Shown piece after piece: positions 48,410-58,438 of a stretch of DNA of 64,000 bases. Origin of the DNA: Bacillota bacterium (GTDB lineage: Bacteria; Bacillota; Sulfobacillia; UBA995); contig DATIKW010000041.1 in assembly GCA_035477115.1 (NCBI GenBank), positions 1,781-65,780 of the forward strand, written 5' to 3'. Each line of letters begins with the position of its first letter. Position 1 is the stretch's first letter. A program made the translations under genes and the position numbers. A model generated the notes under the pieces. It had not been told where the DNA came from. It worked only from the letters and a program-made list of their open reading frames with translations, and did no database searches.

Positions 48410-49183
48410 TCACACGCCGGTCAGGTGGTAGCCGCCGTCGACATACAGGACTTCGCCGGTCACCCCGCGGCCCATATCGCTGAGCAGGAACAGGGCGGCG
48501 TCGGCGATCTCCGCCGGGTCGGGAGCCCGCCGCAACGGGGCGCGCTGGCGGTACAAGTCGAGCATCCGCACGAGACCCTTGACGCCGCTGGCGGCCAGCG
48601 TCCGTACCGGTCCGGGGGACAAGGCATTCACGCGGACGTTCTCGGGACCGAGGTCATGAGCCAGGTAACGCACGGCCGCTTCCAGACTGGCCTTGGCCGT
48701 CCCCATGACGTTATAGCCGGGGAAGACTCGCTGCGACCCGTGGAAAGTCAGGGCGAGGATGCTCCCGCCCCCGCCCGCCTGGAGGAAAGGACGCGCCATG
48801 CGGGCGAGCGCCACCAGGGAGTAGGCGCTGACATCGTGGGCCTCTCGATAGCCTTCGCGAGATGTGGCGAGGAACTCGCCTTCCAGTTCCTCGCGCCGCG
48901 CCCAGGCCAGGCTGTGAACCAGGAAGTCGAGGCGCCCCGCGCTCTCGCCGATGAAGTGGGCGAGCGCGGCCAGGTCGGCGTCGGCGGTCACGTCGCAGGG
49001 GAAGGTCGCTGCGTTCGGCAGGTCCTTGGCCAATGCGCGGACGTTTTCGCCCAGGCGATCATTCTGGTAGGTCAGGATCAGGCGAGCCCCGGACCGGGAG
49101 CAGGCGCTGGCGATGTGCCAGGCCAGGCTACGATGATTGGCGACGCCGAGCACGATGCCGGTCTTGCCTTTCAGGAGTTCCAC
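48410..49183 (-). CDS. fabI: Enoyl-[acyl-carrier-protein] reductase (NADH)
   Basis: GVANHRSLAW..., the Y-x6-K region and the overall SDR/FabI pattern. Confidence 0.85.
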   Translation of the reverse strand: MELLKGKTGIVLGVANHRSLAWHIASACSRSGARLILTYQNDRLGENVRALAKDLPNAATFPCDVTADADLAALAHFIGESAGRLDFLVHSLAWARREELEGEFLATSREGYREAHDVSAYSLVALARMARPFLQAGGGGSILALTFHGSQRVFPGYNVMGTAKASLEAAVRYLAHDLGPENVRVNALSPGPVRTLAASGVKGLVRMLDLYRQRAPLRRAPDPAEIADAALFLLSDMGRGVTGEVLYVDGGYHLTGV

Positions 49184-49337
49184 CCGCTATCCCCTCCGGT
49201 CCACCATTCGCTGCCCGGGCGGCCGATCCCTCGCCACCCCGGCGCCTCCCGGGGTCTTAAAGGCTGATTGCCTCCCTGCCCGCAAGGCAGGGGAAGGAGC
49301 GGGACCGCCGAACCATTCCCCGAGGAGGGGAAGGTCG

Positions 49338-49688
49338 ATGCGAAAGTGGTATCCGGAACCTTGCCGATTCCGCATCACCATCCTGGATGTCGGATCGGAT
49401 GCCGAGCCCTCCCGGGCCTGCCGGGCTGGCCATGAGCCCGGGGATAGGTTCGAGTTCGATTACTGCACTCCACCCGAACTGTGCGGCGATCTATTCCATC
49501 ACCTGGTTCCGACGCTGCATACTTTTCGGACGGAGGCTGACATGCGCTGGAACTTCGGCTGGGAGGAGGGGGACCGCAAGGTCCTGTGGTGTCCCGGCCG
49601 GGTCGTGCGACTGGAATTACGGCGGCTGGGCGGGCAAGAGCTGTCGGCGGTGAGGCAGGCACGCGAGGCGGAAGGACTGCTCGGCTGA
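49338..49688 (+). CDS. Small Cys-containing protein resembling the TIGR04076 family
   Basis: ATG 49338 follows GAGGAGGGGAAGG. FRITILDV...CRAGHEPGDRFEF...CPPELCGDLFHHL resembles TIGR04076. The longer tracked ORF from 49137 is an extension. Confidence 0.45.
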   Translation: MRKWYPEPCRFRITILDVGSDAEPSRACRAGHEPGDRFEFDYCTPPELCGDLFHHLVPTLHTFRTEADMRWNFGWEEGDRKVLWCPGRVVRLELRRLGGQELSAVRQAREAEGLLG

Positions 49689-49752
49689 TGGGGATGGGGA
49701 TCGCCGCCTGACGGCAGGTTAATCCCCTACTGGTTGCAGGAGGGAAGCGCGA

Positions 49753-51177
49753 TTGCGTCCCGTCTACCTGTACAACACGCTTGGACGGACGAAAGAGCGG
49801 CTGGAGCCGGCAAACCCGCCGGTCGTGGGCATCTACACCTGCGGGCCGACGGTCTACGACCTCGCCCACGTGGGGAATCTGCGGGCTTATATTTTCGCCG
49901 ACAGCCTGCGGCGGATGCTCGAGGCGGCCGGTTACAGTGTCCGCCATGTGATGAACATCACCGATGTCGGCCACCTGACCTCGGATGCTGATGAGGGCGA
50001 AGACAAGATGCTGGCGGGAGCCCGGAGAGAACGGACGTCCCCGCTCGCGATCGCCGAGCATTACACGCGGCTGTTCTTCGAACACTGCGAGGCGTTGAAC
50101 ATCGAGCGCCCCACCATCGTGTGCCGCGCGACCGAGCACATCCCCGAGATGATCCGGCTGGTAGAGGTACTGATGGACCGGGGATACGCATATGCGATCG
50201 GCGACGGCGTTTACTTTGACGTGTCTGAGTTCCCCGGGTACGGCGGGCTGTCCGGAGCGGACCTGGCGGGTCAAGAGCCCGGAGCCCGCATAGGCGTCAA
50301 CCCGGAAAAGCGCAATCCTGCGGACTTCGCGCTATGGCGCAAGGCGGATGCGAACCATTTGCTCCAGTGGGATAGCCCGTGGGGCCGTGGCTATCCCGGC
50401 TGGCATATCGAGTGCTCGGCGATGGCCATGGCCTATCTCGGCGACCGCATCGATATCCACACCGGCGGCGCGGATCACATCCCCGTGCATCACGAGAACG
50501 AGGTCGCGCAGGCGGATGCCGCCACCGGCCATTCGGTGGTCCGCTGGTGGCTGCACAACGAGTTCCTGCTGGTGGACGGCGGCAGGATGGGGAAGAGTCT
50601 GGGCAACGCGTACACCATGAACGACCTGCTCGCCAGGGGCTTTCATCCCCTCGCGTACCGCTATTTCTGTCTCAACGCCCACTACCGGGCCAAGTTGAAT
50701 TTCACCTGGGATGCCCTGGAGGCGGCCGCGCGCGCCTTGGACCGGCTGTGGGAAGCGGTATTCGTCCTGGCCGGGGAGGCAGGCGGTCAGCCCGCGGCCA
50801 TCCCCGCGGGGCTCCAGGAGGAGTTCTTGACGGCAATCGCCGACGACCTCGGTTTGCCCCGGGCGCTGGCCCTGGTCTGGGAAGTAGTGCGGGGCCGGCC
50901 GGTCGGGGCGGGTGAGGCACTGGCATTGCTGCTGGAGTGGGACGAGGTGCTGGGGCTGGACCTCGCCGCCGCGGCCGCCGGCGAGCGCGATCCGGGGGCC
51001 CGGAACCTGCCGGCGGAGGTGCTGGCCCTCGTCGAACAACGACGCGCCGCCCGCTCGGAACGGGACTGGGGTCGGGCGGACGCCTTGCGGCGACAGATAG
51101 CCTCCCTGGGCTACACGGTGGAGGATGGGCCCGCCGGGCCCAGGGTGCGCCGGATCAGGGCGAATGTGCCTTCCTGA
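49753..51177 (+). CDS. cysS: Cysteine--tRNA ligase
   Basis: CGPTVYDLAHVGN (HIGH-like) and KMGKSLGN (KMSKS). TTG start after AGGAGGGAAG. Confidence 0.9.
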   Translation: MRPVYLYNTLGRTKERLEPANPPVVGIYTCGPTVYDLAHVGNLRAYIFADSLRRMLEAAGYSVRHVMNITDVGHLTSDADEGEDKMLAGARRERTSPLAIAEHYTRLFFEHCEALNIERPTIVCRATEHIPEMIRLVEVLMDRGYAYAIGDGVYFDVSEFPGYGGLSGADLAGQEPGARIGVNPEKRNPADFALWRKADANHLLQWDSPWGRGYPGWHIECSAMAMAYLGDRIDIHTGGADHIPVHHENEVAQADAATGHSVVRWWLHNEFLLVDGGRMGKSLGNAYTMNDLLARGFHPLAYRYFCLNAHYRAKLNFTWDALEAAARALDRLWEAVFVLAGEAGGQPAAIPAGLQEEFLTAIADDLGLPRALALVWEVVRGRPVGAGEALALLLEWDEVLGLDLAAAAAGERDPGARNLPAEVLALVEQRRAARSERDWGRADALRRQIASLGYTVEDGPAGPRVRRIRANVPS

Positions 51178-51191
51178 GGAGGGATCCGCCC

Positions 51192-52649
51192 ATGCGCGGT
51201 CGTCTGCCCCCTCGGCGCTGGGACTTCCGGCCTTCTCGCTGGATCTACTGCCTGCTCGGCCTGATGGTCGGAGCAGCCCTCTCCCGTCCCTTGCCCCTGG
51301 TCCCCATCGCCGCGGGCCGGCCCGTACTGGCGGAGCACCATATCGCGAGGGCGCCGCAGCCCGAAGGCGCCGCCTGGCATGTGGCGGGGACCGGCCCCCT
51401 GGCGCATGAGTATCTGCTGGTGACGGCAGAGCCGGGCCCGACTGCCGTCCTGCTCCCCGCGCTTCATCAGGTCATGGCCGCCGCTGCTCCGGGCCGCAGC
51501 CTCCTGCTGGCGATAGTCGAGGGGACCGACTTGCCCGACCTTACCGCGGCCGCGCGCGTGCACCTCGAGTACCGGGAAGGAGATACCGTCGAGTTTTCGG
51601 TCGGACCAGCCGCTGCCGGTGCCCTCCCGGTGTGGCTGCGCCAGGTGGCCCGGGCGGCCCTCATGGCCGAAGCCGTCCCGGTCCGCCAGGGATTGGCGGC
51701 GGAGTTCGGGCGGCTATCGCGGTCGCGAGCGCAAGTCGGCCTCACGCCTGCCGTGACCTTGCAGGCCGTGGGCCTAGACGAAATCGATCTCCTGACCCTC
51801 GGTCAGGCGGCCGAGCGGCTCTTGATCGCTCTCGACGAGTTGCCGTCGCTGCCCGAGCCCCGTTGGTGGGCGGCGGGTCGAAGCTCCTCGCTGTATCTGG
51901 CAGCCGGCGGGCGATATGTGCCGGCGCCGGCCCTGTGGGCGGTCCAGTTGACCTGGCTCTTCCCGCTGGTGGCGGGAGTGATTTCGGGGAGCAGGCGGCC
52001 AGGCCCCCGCCATAGAGTCCACCTCCCTGCTGAAGACGCCGCCATACTGAAGGCGGTCCACGATTACCGCTTGCGTCAAGGACGGATCCCGTCGCTTGCC
52101 GGCCGAAGGCGGGCTCGACGCCAGCGGCAATCCCGTGACGGTCTAGTACAGGCGATATCGCGGGAGGCTTCTGTCGGCCTGTTCGCCGCCGGCGGGTTGC
52201 TGCTCGCCGCCGGCGCCTACCAGGGCTCGCTGAACATGGTTGCGGTCGGATTACTCGCCGTCCCCGCTGCCTGGCTGGTGAATCGGCTGGCGGGCGGGGG
52301 CCGATTCGATTGGCCCCAGCGCCATCGAGGTCTACAGGCACTGCTGGTGCTGGCCGCAATCACCTTGACGGCCTGGACGGGAGGGCATCCCTTCAGCTTG
52401 CTGGCGCTGATGCCCGCCTTGCTGGCATGGCCCGCCCTGGTTCCGGGCTGGCGGGCGCGCAATTGCGTGCTCGCGGGTACCGGCGCCGCCGGCGGCATGG
52501 TCCTGGCCGGGATGAACTGGCCCGAGGCCCTGGGGGGGCCGGCGGCCCCCGCCTTGTTGATCGTCGCCTCGCTGGCTGCCGTCGCTTTCTGCCTGGCGCT
52601 CGCCCGCCCCGCTGAGGAGGACGGCGGGGAGCAATGGCACTCGTCATGA
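51192..52649 (+). CDS. Hypothetical Ala/Leu-rich membrane protein (N-terminal TM, central soluble region, C-terminal polytopic region). No family recognised.
   Basis: ATG 51192 is 15 nt after the cysS stop, with a GAGGAGGG RBS. The 3-prime end overlaps the next gene start. There are no internal stops over 485 codons. Support is positional only. Confidence 0.45.
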   Translation: MRGRLPPRRWDFRPSRWIYCLLGLMVGAALSRPLPLVPIAAGRPVLAEHHIARAPQPEGAAWHVAGTGPLAHEYLLVTAEPGPTAVLLPALHQVMAAAAPGRSLLLAIVEGTDLPDLTAAARVHLEYREGDTVEFSVGPAAAGALPVWLRQVARAALMAEAVPVRQGLAAEFGRLSRSRAQVGLTPAVTLQAVGLDEIDLLTLGQAAERLLIALDELPSLPEPRWWAAGRSSSLYLAAGGRYVPAPALWAVQLTWLFPLVAGVISGSRRPGPRHRVHLPAEDAAILKAVHDYRLRQGRIPSLAGRRRARRQRQSRDGLVQAISREASVGLFAAGGLLLAAGAYQGSLNMVAVGLLAVPAAWLVNRLAGGGRFDWPQRHRGLQALLVLAAITLTAWTGGHPFSLLALMPALLAWPALVPGWRARNCVLAGTGAAGGMVLAGMNWPEALGGPAAPALLIVASLAAVAFCLALARPAEEDGGEQWHSS

Positions 52650-54064
52650 AGCCGATTGTCCCGGCGGTCTTGGGCGCACTGCTGCTATTGGCCGCCTGGT
52701 CCGGGGCGGCCGCCGCCCAGCAGGAATTGCTGGCCGGAGCGGCGCGCCGGCCGATCACCCCGGAGGGGCGGGTCTGGCTGGCCGGTCACGGGCTGGGCCC
52801 TTTCCGTGGCAGCCGGGGCGTGGCCCAAGAGCTGTACGTCCGCGCCCTGGCCCTCACGCAAGGCGACCGTACGTTGGTGCTCCTATCCGCCGACCTGGTG
52901 GGGTTGTTCCGGGAAGAGGTTCGAGCCATCGAGACCCTCCTCGCTGCTCGCCTGCCGCACAGGGGAGAGAGCATGCCGGCCGTCATCCTGGCCGCCACCC
53001 ATACCCACTCCGGACCGGATACCCTGGGGTTCTGGGGTGGCTGGGACCGGTCCGAACGCGATCGGTTCCGCGAACAGGTGTTGGCCGCGATCGAAGAGGC
53101 GCTGGCCGCGCGGCGCCCGGCTGAGTTATCGGGGGCGGTGATAGGCGTCCCGACGCGGACGCACAACCGGCGTGACCCTGCACGCCGCGACGAGCAGCAC
53201 GCGGTCGCCCTGCGGCTACGGGGCAGGGATGGCGACGTCTTGGCCACGCTGGTGGGCTTTGCCGCTCACCCCACACTGCTCGGCAGCGATAACCGCCTGA
53301 TCGGCCCCGACTTTCCCGGCTCCCTGTCGGCCAGGATCGAGGCTCGTTCCGGAGGTGTGGCCCTCTACGTCACGGGCGCGGCCGGCGACATCGCGCCGCT
53401 TAGCGCCCAGGGCAGGGGGAGCGAGGCCGCCCGGAGCTACGGCGAAGCCCTGGCCGACCTGGTGGAGGCGGCGCTCACCGCGATCCGGCCCGACCCGGGT
53501 GTTCCCGTACTGGACTTCCGCCGGCGCGAGATAGAGCTGCCGGTCACCAACTGGCCGCTGCTGCTCGTATCCGAACTGGGACTGGCCGGGAGGCGGATCG
53601 TCGGGGGCAAGATCGCGGCCGAGGTGTGGGCGGTCCGGTTGGGAGAGGCGTACTTGCTCGCCCTGCCCGGTGAGCCGCTGGCCGGGATCGGCCGTCACTT
53701 GCGGCAGGGACTGGACCCCGCAAGCACCGTGGTGATTGGCCTGGCGAACGACGCCCTCGGCTACCTGGTAGGGGGCGACGAATGGCGCCCGCAGGGGTAC
53801 GAGGAGCGGCTGGCTTTGTCCCCGGTTGCCGGTGACCTGGTGACGGACGCCGCGCTGGCTCTCGGACTGGAACTGGCGGGGCGCCCGCCTCCCGCACCGC
53901 GCACCGATGCCGCGGACCTGGCCCGGGCGATGCGGGCGGCGCGCCGGCTCCAGACCGCCGTCCGCCTGGCGATCATGGCCGCCCTCCTCACCGTCCTCCT
54001 GGGCATGGCGGCCATCGTGGCGACCGCTCGTTCAGCCCGGAGGGCTCCGGCCGGCGACGGCTAG
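52634..54064 (+). CDS. Neutral/alkaline ceramidase-like secreted hydrolase with a C-terminal TM anchor
   Basis: Signal peptide. LLAGAARRPITPEG..LAGHG...ELYVRALAL..GDRTLVLLSADL and ATHTHSGP fit the ceramidase N-domain pattern. Confidence 0.55.
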   Translation: MALVMKPIVPAVLGALLLLAAWSGAAAAQQELLAGAARRPITPEGRVWLAGHGLGPFRGSRGVAQELYVRALALTQGDRTLVLLSADLVGLFREEVRAIETLLAARLPHRGESMPAVILAATHTHSGPDTLGFWGGWDRSERDRFREQVLAAIEEALAARRPAELSGAVIGVPTRTHNRRDPARRDEQHAVALRLRGRDGDVLATLVGFAAHPTLLGSDNRLIGPDFPGSLSARIEARSGGVALYVTGAAGDIAPLSAQGRGSEAARSYGEALADLVEAALTAIRPDPGVPVLDFRRREIELPVTNWPLLLVSELGLAGRRIVGGKIAAEVWAVRLGEAYLLALPGEPLAGIGRHLRQGLDPASTVVIGLANDALGYLVGGDEWRPQGYEERLALSPVAGDLVTDAALALGLELAGRPPPAPRTDAADLARAMRAARRLQTAVRLAIMAALLTVLLGMAAIVATARSARRAPAGDG

Positions 54065-54327
54065 TCCGAGGCGGCCTTGCCCTCCGGCGGCTTCGGCGCT
54101 TCCTTAGCCGCCGATTCCCCGGAGGCAGCTTCGGTTGGGGGGGAGGATCCTCGCCGGTAATCGTTGACGTGGAAGCCGGGCCCGCGGAAGATCACGGTCA
54201 GCTGGCGGGGGATACGCCGGCATACGGGGCCATCACATCGCGGACACCGCTGCAGGGCGCTCTCGGTGATGCTCTGGTAATGCTCGAAACTCCCGCATGT
54301 TTCACAAGCATACTCGTAAGTGGGCAT
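54061..54327 (-). CDS. FmdB-family zinc-ribbon protein
   Basis: MPTYEYACETCG..FE....CPRC is the FmdB consensus. Confidence 0.7.
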   Translation of the reverse strand: MPTYEYACETCGSFEHYQSITESALQRCPRCDGPVCRRIPRQLTVIFRGPGFHVNDYRRGSSPPTEAASGESAAKEAPKPPEGKAASD

Positions 54328-54385
54328 GGAATCACCTCAGGCGTTTATGATACAGCTTCTATATATAGTGCCCGCCCGCCTTTCG

Positions 54386-55744
54386 TCAAGGGCGCGGCCC
54401 GGCTCCCGGGGAAATGCGCGGGTGTGCCCGCGGGCGAAACGGTGGGAGCAGCCTTCGTATGATGGAGGTCGGTCGCGACCAGTTGAAGCCGGCACCCATC
54501 CCGATGAGGATGGAGGCTTCAAGCGCCCCGCCCGCGAGCTGGGCCAAGGGGCCGATGGACGCCCCCAGCCCGGGAGCCATGAGGGCCAAGATGGCGGCTA
54601 CCAGCGCCAGCCCGGCCACGTTGGCCATGCGGGCCAGCCCGGTCAATCGCGTCTGACCCTGTTGGAGCAACTTCCCCGCATGGTAGTCCACGGCGGTCAG
54701 GACCAGCGGCAGAAATACCAGGAGCTGCAGGGCCCGGAGCGTCGGCGCAACCAGCTCTTGCGGTACGCCGAGCCCGCGGGTGATCAACCACGGGCCGATT
54801 GGCGACCAACTGAGGGAGGCCAGGATCATGCAGTTGACGAACGCGAAACCTACGGCGAAACGACGCAGGACGGGGCGGGCGGCGGGATCACTGTGGTAGA
54901 CCATGACGGTCTGGTGTATGTTCTGGCAAGGAGCCAGCACGATCCAGGCCAACGCGGACGCTACCGCGAAGGCCGCCAGTTCCGGCGCCGCCGCGGGGAT
55001 GCGGGCCAGGGCCGAGTTGATGATCGGTTTGCCCAGGCTGGCCATCAGCCCCGCCACCATCAGCGGAGCATAGAACCCGAGCGTCCAGCGGTATCCCATG
55101 ACGCCCGGCTGGTCCCACTCGCCGCCCCGAACCGGCTTCATTCGCAAGGCCATCACGCTGACGAGACCTTCCGTACCCATTCCCGCCAGGAAGATCACGG
55201 CGCCGACCGCGGCTCCGTCGGACCAGCGATAGGTCGTGATTGCCCAGGCCAGGCCGGCCATCACCGCTACCCGCGCCGCCATGCCCCAGGTGATGAACAA
55301 GGTCGCTCGGTTACGGGTAAGGAGTCCCTGGTAAAGGCCGCGTACGGCCGAGGTCAGAGGCATCAGCATGAGCACCCGAAAGGCGGGCAGTGCGTGGGCT
55401 ATCAGGGCCTCCGGGGCGCCGAAGAAGTCGCCGAAGATGATCGGGCCGAGCGGCGTGTAGGCAATCAACGCCGCCATGGCCAGGCACGCTGCGGCAATCC
55501 AACCCGTGATTCGCCGGATCAGGCGAAAGCGGGCCGCGCTGGTGGCAAGGGCGATGGTAACCTGGCGCATCACCATGACCGGCGACTCGACGATGACCGC
55601 CATGCTCAGGGCGAGGGCGTGGGCGGCGAGGAAGGTTTGCGGCTGACTGGTACGGGCCAGCGCGGCGTTGACCACGGAGTGGGTGAACATCATCATCATC
55701 GATGCCGCCGCCAGGGGCAAGAAGAAACGCAGTAAGTCCCTCAT
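54386..55744 (-). CDS. MOP-superfamily (MATE/MurJ-like) polytopic membrane transporter
   Basis: About 12 TM helices. The chosen start is ATG 55744 (MRDLLRFFLPLAAAS..). Confidence 0.5.
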   Translation of the reverse strand: MRDLLRFFLPLAAASMMMMFTHSVVNAALARTSQPQTFLAAHALALSMAVIVESPVMVMRQVTIALATSAARFRLIRRITGWIAAACLAMAALIAYTPLGPIIFGDFFGAPEALIAHALPAFRVLMLMPLTSAVRGLYQGLLTRNRATLFITWGMAARVAVMAGLAWAITTYRWSDGAAVGAVIFLAGMGTEGLVSVMALRMKPVRGGEWDQPGVMGYRWTLGFYAPLMVAGLMASLGKPIINSALARIPAAAPELAAFAVASALAWIVLAPCQNIHQTVMVYHSDPAARPVLRRFAVGFAFVNCMILASLSWSPIGPWLITRGLGVPQELVAPTLRALQLLVFLPLVLTAVDYHAGKLLQQGQTRLTGLARMANVAGLALVAAILALMAPGLGASIGPLAQLAGGALEASILIGMGAGFNWSRPTSIIRRLLPPFRPRAHPRISPGAGPRP

Positions 55745-55861
55745 TCCCGTCGCCGGCAAGGTCGAGGGCGCCGGGCGGCCCCGGGGGGCGGCGGCGAGTT
55801 GCTCAGGATCAACGACCAACTTCCCGTTCATTGATGGACCTCCCTGGCCTCGGGGAACGTC

Positions 55862-57070
55862 TCAAGATGGCGGGGCGGCGGAGGTCAGTTGCAGGGTCTC
55901 CCGGCCTGCCAGCGCTCCTTCGACGAGATCGCTGTAGTTCAACCGAGACTCGGCTCGCTCCACGCCGGCGAGGGTCGGGCGGGTGGCCGGATGACGGGGT
56001 AGGAACAACGAACAGCAGTCGGGATAGGGCCGCGCCGATATGTCGAAAGTGCCGATCTTGCGAGCCAGATCAATGATTTCCGTCTTGTCCAGTCCGACCA
56101 ACGGGCGCAGCACCAGGAGATCGGTGGCGCGCCCGATGACCGACAAGCTTGCCAGGGTTTGACTGGCCACCTGGCCGAGGTTTTCGCCCGTCACCAGCGC
56201 ATGGGCGTTTACCCGGCCGGCCAATGCCTGGGCCATCCGGAACATCATCCGCCGCATCAGGGTGACCCCCAACTCCTCGGGGCAAGCGTTCCGGATGGCC
56301 CGCTGGGTTTCCGTGAAGGGCAGCAAGTGCAAGGTGAGACTGCCGCCCGCCCAGGGTGACAGGGCGCGAGCCAGGTCCACCGCCTTCTCCTGGGCCCGTT
56401 CTGAGGTGAAAGGGAAGCTCTGAAAGTGCACGGCTTCGAGTTCGAGCCCGCGCTTCAAGCCCATCCACCCGGCCGCCGGGCTGTCGATGCCGCCGGACAG
56501 GAGCAGGATCGCCTTGCCGGAACTGCCGACCGGCAGGCCGCCCGGCCCCCGGTAGCTACGCGCATAGGCGTAGGCGCCTTCCTCCCGGACTTCGACTTCG
56601 ACCGTGATCTCGGGGCGGTGCAGGTCGACCCGCAGGCGCGGTTCCGATCGCAGGAGGTCAGCCCCCAGGACCTGGTTGAGTTCCATCGAGTTCACGGGGA
56701 AACGCTTATCCGCCCGGCGCGCTGCTACCCGGAAGCGGACGGCATGGTCGGCGGGGAAGTCGTTCAGCGCCTCGCCCAGGACCTGCCGGCTCGCGGCCGC
56801 GAGGGAATCCAGGTCGGCCTCAACTTGCAAGGCTGGAGACAACCCCACCACCCCAAATACCCGGCTGAGGCGGCCGACGGCTTCTCCCGCGGGAATCGAA
56901 CTCAGGTCAAGCAAGAACCGGCCGCTCACTCGCTGGATCCAGGGAACGCCCCCTGGCAGATCCGCCAGGGCTCCCTTGAGGCGGTCGATCAGCAAGCGCT
57001 CGAAGAAGCGCCGGTTGCCCCCTTTGAGGCCGATTTCGCCGAATTTGATTAGCAGCACCGACTTGCTCAT
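55862..57070 (-). CDS. thiI: tRNA 4-thiouridine synthase ThiI (no rhodanese domain)
   Basis: The THUMP-like N-terminus (LLIKFGEIGLKGGNR) is followed by the PP-loop SGGIDS. The start is ATG 57070; the tracked ORF extends 28 codons further upstream. Confidence 0.85.
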   Translation of the reverse strand: MSKSVLLIKFGEIGLKGGNRRFFERLLIDRLKGALADLPGGVPWIQRVSGRFLLDLSSIPAGEAVGRLSRVFGVVGLSPALQVEADLDSLAAASRQVLGEALNDFPADHAVRFRVAARRADKRFPVNSMELNQVLGADLLRSEPRLRVDLHRPEITVEVEVREEGAYAYARSYRGPGGLPVGSSGKAILLLSGGIDSPAAGWMGLKRGLELEAVHFQSFPFTSERAQEKAVDLARALSPWAGGSLTLHLLPFTETQRAIRNACPEELGVTLMRRMMFRMAQALAGRVNAHALVTGENLGQVASQTLASLSVIGRATDLLVLRPLVGLDKTEIIDLARKIGTFDISARPYPDCCSLFLPRHPATRPTLAGVERAESRLNYSDLVEGALAGRETLQLTSAAPPS

Positions 57071-58287
57071 CGGCGGGTGAACTTTCGCAGATCGGCGACC
57101 GCCCCGACCAGGGCCGATAGGAAATGGTCGATCTCGCCCGCGGTGGTCGTCCATCCGAGACTCACTCGGATCGAGCTGTCCGCCATGCCCGGCTCGACCC
57201 CCATGGCTTCCAGGACGTGGCTTGGTCCTCGCTTGTGGCTGGAGCAGGCGGCCCCGGTTGCCACGTATACGCCCTCCGCTTCAAGACAGTGGAGAAGCAC
57301 TTCCCCGGGGGCGCCGGGGAAAGAAAAATTGACGATATGAGGGGCGGCGGAAGGTCGGTCCGCCTCGCCGGGAAGCCCCGGGTCGATGGTCCAGGGCGGG
57401 CCGTTGAGTCGGGCATCCGCAATGGAGCTGAGGACTTCTTTGATGAGGTGACCGCGCAGCTCGCCCATGGTCCGCAAGGTCGCCGGCAATTCGGCTAGGG
57501 CCAGGTCGACCGCCAATCCCATCCCGGCGATGCCGGGGACATTCTCCGTCCCTGAGCGGCGGCCGCTTTCCTGCCCGCCGCCGGCAAGCAGCGGGCGCAA
57601 GACGACGCCGGAGCGGACGAACAGCGCTCCGACCCCCTTGGGTCCGCCGAGCTTGTGACCGCTGAAGCTGGCCAGGTCGGCATGCCGGCAGAGGCCGTCC
57701 AGAGGGATCCGGCCCAGCGCTTGGACGGCGTCGACATGCAGGAAGGGGCGGGGACCGGAGGGACGCGCCTCAGTCAGAGTGCGCGCGACTTCCTCGACCG
57801 GCTGGATGGACCCGACCTCATTGTTCACCAGCATGATGCTTACCAGCACCGTATCCGGGGCCAAGTGGCGGCGGATGTCCGCGGCCCTGACGACCCCTTG
57901 CGGCCCGGGTGCCAGCCGGGTGACCCGGTACCCCTCGCTTTCGAGTTCGGCCGCGACCGCCAGCACCGAAGGATGTTCGATGGCCGTCGTCACGACATGC
58001 TTGCCTCGCCGGGGCAGCCCGCGCAGGACGCCTTTGATCGCGAGATTATTGCTCTCCGTCCCGCCGGACGTGAATACGATCTCCTTCGGGTCGGCGTGGA
58101 TCGCCCCCGCCAAAACTTCGCGCGCCCGGGCCACGATCCGCTCGGCGGCCACGCCCTTGCGATGGAGGGAGGAAGGGTTGCCGAAGTCGGCGCTCATCGC
58201 CTGCCGCACCGCCTCAAGTGCCTCGGGACGCACCGGCGAAGTGGCCGCGTGGTCCAGGTATGCTTCGCTCCGGCGTTCCGGCGGCAA
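57067..58287 (-). CDS. Cysteine desulfurase (NifS/IscS class)
   Basis: The PLP-lysine region SFSGHKLGGPKGVGAL and the active-site Cys loop ATGAACSS are present. It overlaps thiI by 4 nt. Start is TTG. Confidence 0.85.
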   Translation of the reverse strand: MPPERRSEAYLDHAATSPVRPEALEAVRQAMSADFGNPSSLHRKGVAAERIVARAREVLAGAIHADPKEIVFTSGGTESNNLAIKGVLRGLPRRGKHVVTTAIEHPSVLAVAAELESEGYRVTRLAPGPQGVVRAADIRRHLAPDTVLVSIMLVNNEVGSIQPVEEVARTLTEARPSGPRPFLHVDAVQALGRIPLDGLCRHADLASFSGHKLGGPKGVGALFVRSGVVLRPLLAGGGQESGRRSGTENVPGIAGMGLAVDLALAELPATLRTMGELRGHLIKEVLSSIADARLNGPPWTIDPGLPGEADRPSAAPHIVNFSFPGAPGEVLLHCLEAEGVYVATGAACSSHKRGPSHVLEAMGVEPGMADSSIRVSLGWTTTAGEIDHFLSALVGAVADLRKFTRR

Positions 58288-58438
58288 GAACAACCCCCCT
58301 TGGCTGCATCATCTGGACTTCATCTTACTACTGCTCGACTATGACTTCAACCGCCGGGAGCAAGGGCCCGCGTATAGCCGGCCTCCGGCAGCGGCAACCT
58401 TTGGGACAGTTTCTCCCGTCCGGGGGAGGCGGGCCCCC

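Noticed and set aside
54320-55735. 471-aa + strand ORF
   Set aside because: It is the antisense of the MOP-family transporter gene, with low-complexity composition.
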